NCBI RefSeq assembly: GCF_037042905.1
Contig: NC_087251.1
Location: 48,920,001-48,984,000, forward strand
Source: Lytechinus pictus
Lineage: Eukaryota
DNA: 64,000 nucleotides
Direction of reading: 5' to 3'
Positions 12,940-25,756 of this stretch are shown piece after piece. Under the pieces are notes generated by a model. It was given only the letters and a program-made list of their open reading frames with translations, made no database searches and was not told the origin of the DNA. Every line of letters begins with the position of its first letter. Position 1 is the stretch's first letter. A program made the position numbers and the translations under genes.

Positions 12940-15782
12940 AGATGTTGGTAATGCGATTATGTCAATATTATTCAATATCATTTAAACACAAGTGGATGAA
13001 ATCAAAGAATTGTTTTCTTAATAATATAAAACAAAACTACAGTATGACATAATGTCGAAAAATATTGAGAATATATGTGTTTGATGATGCCGGTCCTGAA
13101 TATTTTCATGAAGTTTAAAGCAATTGAAGTAGTGGGGTAGATGAAAGAAGAGTTCATTCGAAATGAGGAAAGAGAAGGAGAGATATACATGTGCAGAAAG
13201 AGGGGGAGAGAGAGAGACAGAGGAGAAATTGAGAGAGGTATGGAGAGGGGGAGGGGTGAGAGAAGATATACAGTGAGAGTTCCCTTTAAAAGTGGTGTAA
13301 TAAAAGCATAACACAAATGGTACTTAAAAATAATCTCAATGATGGCTCTGAAATAATATTGAGTCTCGCTTCAAGCCAGCATTACACTGAGCACATGGTT
13401 CTCTTAAAAACCTATTCTGAACAGTTTTGGAAGCATGCTATTTAATCCCTACATCTATCAACGGGGGCTAATTAGGCAGGCTAGCCGTTCTTTCTTTTCA
13501 CCCTCATTATCCCCACCCACAGCACCTGGTCAAGAATGGGGCTTATAGAAGGAAGGCCATTGTTACCGCCACTAAATTCGGGTAAAGACGGAATCATCAC
13601 TGTAGGATTGACAATGGATAGACACAATTGACGTGCGCGCGATAAGTTATGTTTTGGTTCAGGAAAGAAGGTTAATTAGGACGGCTGCTTCGGGTCAGCT
13701 GATTCACATCAAGAAAAAGAAAATCTAAAAATTATAATAGTCTTATCATAGACCATCCTTTTGAATTTTGCGTTTCTTTTTATATAATCATTCTCCTCTC
13801 TAATTCTTAATTTACAATTAAATTCATGCCGTCATGAATATGCAGCATGGGCTGATGATGTCATATCCTCAATTTCGATTTTCTTATTTTCAAATACTAG
13901 TAATAGATATTACATATTTGCAGACATGTGTGTAAAACATGCTTCCTGTGTAACAAAATCAGTTCCAGTAATGATGATTTTACACACTTATCAGTAGCTA
14001 ATTTTGTCTCTACATCATTGGAGGAAAAATTAATTGATATTATTTCGAAATCCTAAGAATATTTGGGGCGATGACATCATAGGCACGCGCATTGCATATT
14101 CATGAAGGCATATATAGAACGTTTTCATCAAGATAATGCAAAAACCTTAAATGTCATAACATTGTTATCCCTCGTCTAGTTCTATTAAAATCATCTCAAA
14201 TTGTTTGATTTTCAGCCTGGATTACCCCTTTACGGGAAGCATGGGAGGTGTATAAGCTGACACAGTGTGGCGGTGGGGAGAGGGGCTAGCCTCTTGACAG
14301 GGTTATTCTAATGGTATAATTTATCTCGTTCAAGGACTTGATAAAGAACAATGAGTAAATGAAATCATTGAAAAGTGTACTCAGGTTATGTTTAAAAAAC
14401 CGTACAAAGTAACATGTCAGCCGGTGGTCGGTAAGGGGCAGCTGCCCTTGAAAATGCAAATGTCTCCAATATTCGTCTGTGAAGTTGTCCCAAATTTTTC
14501 ACCGAAATTGCCCCAAGATGGCAGTATGAAATTACTTTTGAAAAAAATATATAATAATGCGAGGGCAAAGCGCGAGTTGATTTTTTTTTATTAGCCCTAA
14601 ACACTTTAAGCACTTTTTAATCATGAACATGAAACGTATTTCACTAGTCAAATGTTGCAAGCGAAGCGCGAGCTGAAAATGTTTGATATTCAGACCTGAA
14701 AAGGAACATTAATTTTTGAAGGACTGTGTGTATAGGGATTCATGAAGAGCAAACATATTTCACCAGCCAAACAGTGCGAGCTGAACTTTTTTTGATATTC
14801 AGACTGTCTTTAGGAATTCATGAAGAGCATACGTATCTGACCAATCCACTGATGTGAACGCGAAGGGCGGGCTGAACTTTTGCTAATATTCAGACGCTAT
14901 AATGTGGCAATCGCTTTAATGTAATAATAAAAAAAAGATGCATAGGTTACTAGATAAGAATAATAATACACGCTCGAAGCGCGAGGAAACATATCGACAT
15001 AAGTCATGATAGGGGTAGAAGATTTGCCGGATTTGTAAAGTTTAAACATTCATTCGGAATGAATGTAGCCTGAGAGGACGGGAATTCAAGGGGTCGCAGA
15101 GAACAAAAAAAAGGAGAAAAGGGATAAGGGAAAGTTTTGGAGAATTCAGGATCTTTAAGGTAAATGCATGATCGATTAAATTCTTAGGGTGTGATATTCC
15201 ACTTTTTTTTTCTTGGCTTCGTCACAGATAGATAGATAGATAGATAGATAGAGATGGATGGATGATTCATAAATAAAAATCATTGTGGCTAAGGCCGATT
15301 GCGATGTACTTCCAAGGTAATAATGACACACACACACAGATGTTAAAACAATAATACAGATTACAAAATACTAAAGCAAAATTGTATTGAAATGACTTGT
15401 TATTGTGGGATTTGGAATCAAATATCAACTGCAAAATAATTCGGGTGTCTGCAAGCTTTTACGGGTTACTGTATACAAATACATTTGAATAATAAAGTTA
15501 TACTGGTGGTAAATTATAGTACGTAAAGCAAAATTAATATTAATATGACACTCAATTTCGTGTAAGGACTATTATTACAAAGTAATATGTAAGTACAGAT
15601 TATATTTATTTAGATAATGATGGATTATGATAATTCCAAGTCTATAGTAAGCAGACCGAACTAACGCAGTCCATTATTATGCACGTATAGTACTTGGGCA
15701 CTACTACGATACCGTACTTTCCTGTATAAAAGAGGGGGGTAACTGTGTCTCTGGGGGTCTCTGGGATCTATGAGTGCTTTAA

Positions 15783-16366
15783 AGGAGAATGAAACTCTTG
15801 GAGCAAGTTAGCTTTTGTGAAAGCAGAAAAATCACAGAATAAGATCAACAAAAGTTTGAGTAAAATAGGACTAGCAATAGAAGAGTTATGAGCATTTGAA
15901 TGTCGAAATCACTAATGCTATGGAGATCCTCAAATTGGCAATGCGACCAAGATCTATGATGTCACAGATGAACAACTCTCCCCTTTTGGACACTGAAAAT
16001 ATACCCCAAAACATCTCTTTTTGCTCATTCTAATCATATGACAAACGATTCATCAATGATATAATGTTTTGAAACCTCTGTACTTGTCCTCTCATAAAGA
16101 TAACACCTCACCTTGTGATAGACTCTATAAAAGTGAGAATATAAGTGAAATAAGTACTCAAGTAGTGAGGGAGTTGTACGTGTGTGACATCACAGATCTT
16201 GGTCGCATTGCCAATGGGAGGATCTACATGGCATTAGTGATCTCAATATTCAAATGCTCATAACTTTCTTATAATTCATTCAATCTTCCTCAAACTTTCA
16301 ACAATATGTTTCTTTGATTTTTCTCTTTGATATGGATTCAGCTGGTTTCAAGGGTTTCATTCTCCT
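15783..16366. mobile_element. TTAA-flanked MITE (Kolobok-like, AGGAGAATGAAAC termini), copy 1
   Basis: TIR AGGAGAATGAAAC...GTTTCATTCTCCT; near-identical copy at 19743-20325 and partial inverted copy ending at 22217. Confidence 0.9.
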
Positions 16367-16695
16367 TTATTAAAGTTCATAGTTAGCCACGAAAGTTCAT
16401 AAGGAGAGACTTGGCAAAATTCAGGCATAGCACATCCCGTTTGTGGTAAAGAGTGAAAACTCAAGAAAGTACAAAAAAAGTGTTTATGGATTTCAAATGT
16501 TTTACCATCTCTATACCTTTCAATTTTAGTGTATTTTCGTACTTTGCATGGATAATGAGAAATTACGTTTTACGGGATGAACATTTGATTAGATTTTACC
16601 ACGACTACTTGCTGCACTCCTTTTAATGGAGATACGTTAGTTCAATGGGGGGGGGGGGGGGTGGCAACTTCAGTGTTTGCTCCGTGGGTCATAAT

Positions 16696-18515
16696 CAGTG
16701 GCGTAATCAAGGGGGGCACCCCCCCCCATTGGCTGGCAGCAAAGGGGGAGGAGAATAGTGGTGGAAGAAGAGATTATTATATAGTATATTATGTTGTATT
16801 ATATTAAATATATATATTATACTATATTACATAAGAAATGGTTTATTCACATCTTTATGAAACATATCCGTATTATTTATTTTGTAATTATCTGCGTTAT
16901 TGTTTGAACTTTTTTGTGTCATTATTACCTTGTAAATACATCGCAATTTGGCCTTAGCTGCGATGATGTCATGATATTTATCAATAAACCATTTATCTAT
17001 ATATCTAAACATAATTTGCTTAGGGCCTATTTGTTCACCATTCCTGCTGCTCGCATTGTCAGTTTAATGAGATAAATAATCCTGTCGTACCAAAACATCC
17101 CGTTTTCAAGTCAATGTGCACCAAATATATTTCCTCACACTTCGAGTTATTATTGTTTTATGAAGTGACAAATTATGCTTCTTTTCATGACTACTTAAAG
17201 TGATTACCCCCTTCAAGATCTGAATATAAAACATTTCCAGTCTGTGCTTACGTTCGCATTTATTAGTGTATAGGTGAGATATGTCTTCTCTTTATGAATT
17301 CCTGAAAACAGTCCCTTTTTCTGGTCTGAATATCAAAAATTTTCAGCTCGCGCTCCGCGCTCGCATCATTTGGTTAGTGAAATACGTATGGTCTTATAGT
17401 GAACTCCTACAAACAAGCCTTGGAATGCCCCTCTTCAGATCTGAATTTCAAAAAATATAAAAATTGATTCGTGAGATACGTATCATGTTCATGATAACAA
17501 TGACTACAAAAAGTGTTTTTATGTGTTTAGGTGTATAATTCTAACAAAATATGCTCTTCATGAATTCCTTTTAAAAAAAATAGTCCTTAAGATATCCCTG
17601 TTTGGGGTCATAATATACAAAAATTTCATCTCGCGCTCGCATTGTTTGTTTAGTGAGACATGTACGTATCATGATTACAAAAATTTGCTTATAATGTCCC
17701 TTTTTTAGGTCTGAATTTAAAAAAAATTCAGTTCGCGCTTCGCGCTCGCATTACCTGATCAGTGACATATCCGTTTAAAGGGAGGATCCGGGCTGAAAAT
17801 ATTTATATCTAAATAAATAGAGTAAATTTCACCGAGCAAAATGCTGAAAATTTAATCAAAATCGGATAACAAATAAAGTTATTGAATTTTAAAGTTTGTC
17901 AATATTTTGTGAAAACAGTTATATGCACATCGTCATGAATATTCATTAGGTGGGCTGATGATGTCACATCCCCACTTTCCATTTTCTTATGTTATTACAT
18001 GAAATCACAAATGTTTCATTTTTTCATACATGTGTAAATGATGTGTCTCCAATATGAAAATAAGTTGTGGCAATAAATAACTAATGCACTTAATCAGTAG
18101 TCAGTCCAATTGTTTTAGTTCTTGACAGAAATTGTTTGAATATACCTTATTTCATATAATAAAATACAAAAGAACAAGTGGGGATGTGACACCATCAGCC
18201 CACCTAATGAATATTCATAAAGACATGCCTAGAACTGTTTCTACGGAATAATGCAAATCTTTAAAATTCAATAACTTCGTTATTTGTTATCCGGTTTTGA
18301 TCAAATTTTCTGCATTTTGCTTTGTGAATTTTACTCTATTTATTGAGATAGAAATATCTCCAGCCTGGACCATCCCTTTAATGGCACAGTCCTTAAAATG
18401 TCTATATTAGGTCAGTATACTTGGTCACTGAGCGCGCTTCGCGCGCCCACTAAAAGACTCAATTTTTATGCTGGTGCCCCCCCCCCCCCATGCCGTGACC
18501 CATGGTACGCCACTG
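16696..18515. mobile_element. Non-autonomous hAT-like element, copy 2, carrying a nested TTAA MITE
   Basis: CAGTGGCGTA...TACGCCACTG; degenerate 8-bp flanks GTCATAAT/GTCCTTAT; colinear with 3092-4506. Confidence 0.85.
17779..18377. mobile_element. TTAA-flanked MITE, copy 2 of the 6664-7251 family, nested in the hAT-like element
   Basis: TTAA|AGGGAGGATCCGGGCTG...CAGCCTGGACCATCCCT|TTAA; the matching empty TTAA site is seen in copy 1 of the host element (~4363). Confidence 0.9.
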
Positions 18516-19742
18516 GTCCTTATACCAACAAATGCCATTGTATGCAAGACAGAATGCAGCGCTCAAGAAACTGTACTACTCCAAATCAGGTTCGCATAGA
18601 GGGCGACATACTGCTTTCGATAAACGGGTTCTATGGCTGATTATTGATTGTCGTGAAGTGCACATCACGAGCGAGAAGGGATCAAAAAACATCTCCCATA
18701 TAAAAAAATCATAAAAAATAAATTTGAAATTAGAGGGTTGAATGTCAACTACCAGTGGATGTGATATCAGACATTCCATATGTGACCAGAATAGGGTACC
18801 TTAGCCAGCTCATTTTTAAAATAAATCGCCATTTATGAAGAAATCTCACGGGATCAAATCACCTGAGACAGTAAAGTAGCCCTATTCTTCTGCCAGCCAA
18901 AAAAATAGTTCCAAAGTCTTAAATATTATTTTTTGTCCAAATTTGGGCAAAGGAAGTTCAGTAGTTGCCCTTTCTATAATCAGTGTTAGATGGTCAATCA
19001 TATTCATACACTTTTGTCAATCAGCAATATCAAATTAAAATATTTTCGAATGGAGTTGCGTCGAATTAATATCTTTTGTCTTCCTGTTGTAATTATGCTC
19101 ATGGCACCCGAATATTCTATGATTCTACGGATGATCTGGAGCGCAACACCAGTCTTATTTTGAGCACTTTTCTGCCATTTTTTCATAACAATGTTAAAGC
19201 AATTCAGTATGAATTTAAAAGAAGTACCAAAATGGGAAGTTTTTTTACACAAGGCCGGGAGAAAAACTTAAGTTTATTTTTCTTCGAAATCACAAGCAAT
19301 AATCACATATACCCCTAAGATACATAGCCCCTATATATTTTATTATCAAATGGGTATCCCCGATAAGCAAATGAATATGCGACGACCATAATTTTTGTTC
19401 CAAAAAGAATATATTGGTCAATATGCTTTCCGGTGGATACATGCAGGCCTATTCGTGTATGGATCCAACTCATAAGCAAACATCACTTTGTTCTACATAC
19501 TCCTTATGAGGAACAGACATCATAAAAAGCATACAATTGAATTTGAATGTGGACCGACCGTTCATTAATGTAGAAATGTTATTGATTCGTAGTTATATCG
19601 TAATGCCTGTATGTGCTAAGCTTTGTTTATAAATATAATCTGCAAAATAAATATTAAATCTTCTATACCATTCAAAGAAATAGATATTTGAATTTTCTAC
19701 AAACACATGGGACAAATTAAGTCAATCAAATCACACCTTTAA

Positions 19743-20325
19743 AGGAGAATGAAACTCTTGGAGCAAGTTAGCTTTTGTGAAAGCAGAAAAATCAAAGAAT
19801 AAGATCAACAAAACTTTGAGTAAAATAGGACTAGCAATAAAAGAGTTATGAGCATTTGAATGTCGAGATCACTAATGCTATGGAGATCCTCCCATTGGCA
19901 ATGCGACCAAGATCTGTGATGTCACACACGTACAACTCTCCCATTCGGATACTGAAAATATACCCCAAAACATCTCTTTTTGCTCATTCTAATCATATGA
20001 CAAACGATTCATCAATGATATAATGTTGTGAAACCTCTGTACTTGTCATCTCATAAAGAAAACACCTAACCTTGTGATAGACTCTATAAAAGTGAGAATA
20101 TAAGTGAAATAAGTACTAAAGTAATGAGGGAGTTGTACGTGTGTGATATCACAGATCTTGGTCGCATTGCCGATGGGAGGATCTACATGGCACTAGTGGT
20201 CTCAATATTCAAATGTTCATAACTTTCTTATTATTCATTCAATCTTCCTCAAACTTTCAACAATATGTTTCATTGATTTTTCTCTTTGATATGTTGTCAG
20301 CTAGTTTCAAGGGTTTCATTCTCCT
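19743..20325. mobile_element. TTAA-flanked MITE (AGGAGAATGAAAC family), copy 2
   Basis: TTAA on both sides, TIRs, high identity to 15783-16366. Confidence 0.9.
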
Positions 20326-20478
20326 TTAAATATATAAAATATAAATTTAAGATTTAGGCCTATTTATGTGAATTTACACTTTATCTGTTTATATATTTAT
20401 AATTGCATAATTTATATATTTTTGTAATACCAATATGTTAGTACTATATGAACTCATTTGAAAATCAGAACAACTTAA

Positions 20479-21338
20479 AGATCCAGACCGGACCCGAAAA
20501 TGAAATTGATAAATTATATACCAATCGAAAGCTTACAAGCTACTAAATACAGCAAGGTATGCTTTATGCATTTTCACCGCTTCCCAGCTGAGTATTTTGC
20601 TTAAGAATATTCCAATTATCGGGCTTCGAACCCCGCTTAGAAAATAGGCTTTATTGTGCTTTTCACCTGCCTCGAGACCGTGACGTCACGTTGTGTAAGA
20701 AGCGTCGAGATTCCATAGGTACACAGAAAAAGTGGGTGATTTTTTTGCTTTCCAGATAACGCATTTCATTCTCTTCACTTCTATCACAGAGTGATATCAC
20801 ATATATTTTTACCCACAAGCTTGAATTTATGAAATCTACAGTTTTGAACTAGTTTTTGCTATATTTTATTTCCTGCTTATTTGGCGCAGATTTCAATTCT
20901 ATCTGCATTTAGATTATGTATAACAACTTTTCCTGACATAGCAATTTAGGCCCAATAAGAGCCAAACAAAGAAATCACAAAAAAGGTAGTGAATAGTTGC
21001 AGGTTTACAAAAATTTGAACAGTGAATAATTTTGAGTGCCATTTTCATCTGAAAAAAAAAAATAATGGATTCATAACATGGAAATGGAATAAAATACCCA
21101 ATGCTTTTGTACACAAACCTATGGAATCACAACCCTCCTGACACAACGTGACGTCATCATTTCCAGGCGACGTGGGGGTGCTCAATCGAAGCGTACTTTG
21201 GAGGAGCAGTTTCTTTGATTTTTATTTTATATTTTTAACTATTGGAAGGAGATATATGTAATATTTTTGGTATATTTGTATTGTATGAATCAGTACCTTT
21301 ATTTTGATATATGATTGTTTTTACACCGGTCAGGGTCT
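20479..21338. mobile_element. TTAA-flanked non-autonomous element (Kolobok-like)
   Basis: TTAA|AGATCCAGACCGG...CCGGTCAGGGTCT|TTAA (11/13 TIR match); internal GTGACGTCA motifs. Confidence 0.65.
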
Positions 21339-22029
21339 TTAAGTTAAACCACAAGATAGCATATCCCCTCCTTCCCCCTTCACATCACTAGCTTTACTAT
21401 GAATTTTGTTATGAATTGAATCGACGCGTTTGATATGTAAATGATTATTATCTCTTGTTTTATGTTTGTGATGTATACCGTATACTGTATTCATTTTATA
21501 TTGCCCTGTATTACGTTCGTCTAGAACTGATAACCTGGGTCCATTATTGTAATTGATTCCTTTTTTATGAATAAAAGGTGATTTATTTAAAAAAAATGAT
21601 AAATTCAAATCTTGCAAATATATTTCATTTTGTTACATATTTAAAGCGACTTGACACAATATAGTTGTATTCAGGGAGGTATAGCACCCAGGATATAGCA
21701 CCTCGATGGCGTCAACATAAAATCTTAACCTGTATAAGTTATTTTTTGAACTGCCATATGGTAACCTAGCCGTATCATATGACATAGTGAATGTTTGGTC
21801 ACAAAAGCATTTCGATGGTCATTGGTCATTTCAGGTCATTAAAATCTAATATTTTGCATAGGACAATGCACATAGCACTTACTTTAATTTCCATATTGAC
21901 TGTCTTTACTTGGGCTTAATACTTTTGGTCCACGTGTTCATCGTTTTAATTGAATTTGGTCTAATTGCCAGAGGTCTACTGACCATGTAGGCTAATCATC
22001 ACATTGTGAAAGTGAAATTATCCCTAAAG

Positions 22030-22398
22030 AATGTGTGATATCATAGATCTTGGTTGCGTTGCCAATGGGAGGATCTCCATAGCATTAGTGATCTCGACAT
22101 TCAAATGCTCATAACTCTTCTATTGCTAGTCCTATTTTACTCAAACTTTTGTTTATCTTATTCTTTGATTTTTCTGCTTTCACAAAAGCTAACTTGCTCC
22201 AAGAGTTTCATTCTCCTTTAATTGTCCCCTCATTTGCATACCGACCAGGATGTGCATCTACTAATTGTTTTGTGAAATTAAGCGAAACTGTAATATAATT
22301 TTTTATCATTTGAATTTAATCAATTTTTCAGTGTTAGGCTGGTTTGATTTTTCTATTTTTATTCTAAAAAGACCTTTTGTTGGGGTGCTCCCCCTTTA
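22030..22398. mobile_element. Adjacent fragments of two TTAA-type MITE families
   Basis: 22030-22217 is the reverse complement of the start of the 15783/19743 element. The following sequence matches the right arm of the 30480/31699 family. Confidence 0.7.
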
Positions 22399-25300
22399 AC
22401 ACAGTAAATGCAATTTTTAGCCGGGACAAATATTTTATGTGAGCTCAAAAAACAATTATGTGATGTATGATTCATGCAATAATTGTATAATCGACTGTAA
22501 TTTGGTAATAAATTTAATTGAACAAACCAAACGGTTAGGCCGCGGGTTAGGCTATATATGTTGTGCAAATGAACATCAAAATTCATAACCGTAAGATGGC
22601 TGAGTCGAAAGACTACGCAATAGTGGGAAGAGGAAGAAGAACAAGATCGCACCTTGAACCTCCTTGATATTACCGAAGAAACAAGAACAGACTACACGTT
22701 TGATATTGAACGTGGAATGCCACTCGACTCTTTCATTCCTATAGCACATGCCTGCATTATATCTCTTATCTCCCTGATTTCACTAGCAACTGAATCGCTC
22801 TACGATGTATTACGCTGTATATAACAGATAGTTAGGGGTGGATAGAGGGTAGCCGAGAGCAAGGAGGAAAGACAGGGAGAGGGGGAGAGGAAAAGAGAGA
22901 GAGGTATATACCAAGAGCTATAGGTATACAGATAGACTGGGGGAGGGCGGGGAGGGGGAGCATATAACGGGAACTCGGTATAAAAGAGACTATAAAGAGA
23001 AGCTGGGAGAGAGCCGAAGGGTGGGGGTAGGGGTGATCCCTAATTCCATGGAGCTATGCTAATTCGTACGAATGGGTAAGAATGTCTCATGTGTGTTCAA
23101 GGAGTGCCTTCCAATGATGAGGATCGAGCTAAGGGAGCTAGTCGTCTGTAGGGTACATGATCGAATATTACACTTGATGCAAGGCTTCATATAGTTTTCA
23201 GGAAGCGCAATGATAGGCGGTTCGCTGGGATTTCCCCTTTCTTATGCAAAGCACAACTGAAGGGCTTCCTTTTTCGTTAATCCACTGAACTGTATCAATG
23301 TCAGTCTCTCACAAAGATAAGTGCATTTGCAATATAGTTAATTATTTTCCACAAACTATCCTAGGCGATGGAGGAAAACATGGCCAGTCGGGTTACAATG
23401 ACACAGTACACTGGCACATAAACAAAGTACCAGGATATATAACCCTCCCAACTCCCTGATATACCCGTATACTACATGCAGAGACCTCTCATTTTGTACT
23501 AACTTAAAGTTACGGGTCACCCTCTACATAATTTTACTTCACCCACAAACCGAAGCTGTGACAAAGACAATTTATAATAGTACACAGAGTATGACAATAA
23601 TAATGAAACCATATGCATACACATTATAGCAAATCGCAAGTGCTGTATACATACTGAAACCGAAGTTACAGAGAATCGAGATAGTCTTCTTTTTCAGTAC
23701 CGCAAAGGGAGTACCGGGGAGTGTCTGGATTTTAAGTACATGTAGCTAGTCCTTTTGAAATAGCCAAGCTATCCTAAACAAGGATTCCAATCCTTGATGA
23801 TTCCTGGATTATAGAAAATCTCGATCTGTTACATTCCCTTATTCATCGCATGTTAGTATTTGCCCTGCGAACCATTCATCATTCCTACTATACGGGCGTG
23901 CCCCCATAATTTGCATTTTCTGGAGCCACCGCATGCAAAGCTCCAAATCTTCAGAGGGTGATCATTGTGTGAAATTGTATTTGTAGGTCTAAAGTGGATG
24001 GTCTTTTAGATTTACTTTCATTTGATTTGCGAAAGTCCCAATAATACGAATAATATGATCCGCGCCACTCAGTGCAGTTTATTTCAAATCAAGCAATAAA
24101 CTTATTTATTTGCAACAGTTTCTGGAAAGAGATCGGCCATAATGTCATGTGGTCTCTGAAGTTGTAACGCTGCTTACGCCGGAGCGCTGTCTATGTTGTA
24201 CTTCCTATATTCCCTAATGCACACATTCCCCTTGAGTCATAATTTATGCAGGAACACCAGACATGCCTCACACATATGCCACACTTGGCAAGCTGTTTCC
24301 TCAATGACCTCTTGAAAACCCTGCCTGTCTATGTGTGCCTGGAGTCGCCTGTGGATTCTTTTCTTTCGATCTCTCTCTCTCTTTCGCGCCAGAGCGAGCA
24401 CTGAACACACAAAACACACGGTACCGACATCCTCGCAGAATATCAGCGAGGAGCTATTGTGTGTACGTGGCTGGCTGGCTTTGAATCTCCCTGTGCAATC
24501 CAGCCAACCAGCCAGTGCAAGGGCGACACACATGTCTAATCTATCAAGCATTCACTCACTGGGAGACTCAAGTGCTCCGGAAAATGATCAGAATTTTCCA
24601 GTGCAAGCACGACAGGGTATGATACAAAGGTCACTCCTATCGGTTAGCGCGGGAAAGATTGCGCTTGTGGGCAGGACTTAGCGTGGGTCCTTGGATTGCA
24701 AGAACGTGAGTGACGTAGGGGCTGTAGGGGAAACAGAAAGAGCTTTAGAGCGTGGCTCTCCTAGACAAGAGTAGTGCTTCTTGTCTATATTATAATTGAG
24801 GTGTAGCCAACTGCATGGTGTGCGTGGTGTGCTGTTGATATTGGAAGTACACTGTACAAGCGTATGAAGCATATCCACGCAGGCCTAATCTTACATCGCA
24901 CTGGTGGGGGATATTCTTTGCTGAAATGAATGCCAACTTATTTTACATTTGGAGATACAAATACATCATTTTATGGATAAATAGCTGGGGAAGGTGATCA
25001 AGTGCAATTCTACTTTAAATCAAGCAAGAATTATCATTGAGTGACTGAACTGTATACCATTCCCATTTCATCAGCAACCAACGTTAATGAATGGATGCCT
25101 GCTGTTTGAACACCAATATACCACCAGTGGAATTAAATCCAGATTTCGCGCAAAATTATCTCATTTGTTTCTATGGTTTGTTTCAGATGTTGACCAGATA
25201 GACCCGGCCCATGACTTCAGTTTTACAACGCGATTGACCTTGGCATTATTAGCCTTGCCACCCATAGCAACGAATGAACATCGTTTGTATACACGCACAT

Positions 25301-25756
25301 ATATACAGTCAGGGCAGCTAATGAATTACACCATTACTCTTCTCGTGTATATCAAGTTGAGTACGCCTGTCGATCTTCCTGTCATTGTCATCGTCTCTCA
25401 TTATTCCCGGAGCGAATTGTCTGCATGTGCCTTTTTAAATGCGGATGATATAGTGCTATATCGTCTTGAAATAAATGCGGCACGCTTCATGGAATTTGAA
25501 CATACACTCAAATCCCTTCAAAGAACTTTGATCGAAACTAGATGCTCAAAGGATAAAGAGGAGTATTTGTCGAGACTGGTATTTAGTCGTTAGATCTGAT
25601 ATCTACCAAAGTGCAATTTAAACATTCAAACACCTCCAACATCATGGAAAATTGTTTAATAAAGTGAATTGTATTTGGGCCATATGCTATTCTGATAATC
25701 TTGATCGACATCTTATTCAAATATTGACAGATAGTAATCTGATCATTGACACAGGC

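Noticed and set aside
18530..19400. Possible decayed coding sequence
   Set aside because: Short broken frames with no motif I can identify; would need a translated search.
25087..25593. 168-aa ORF upstream of the Myb/SANT gene
   Set aside because: No recognisable domain or convincing in-phase splice link; at most a uORF or UTR sequence.
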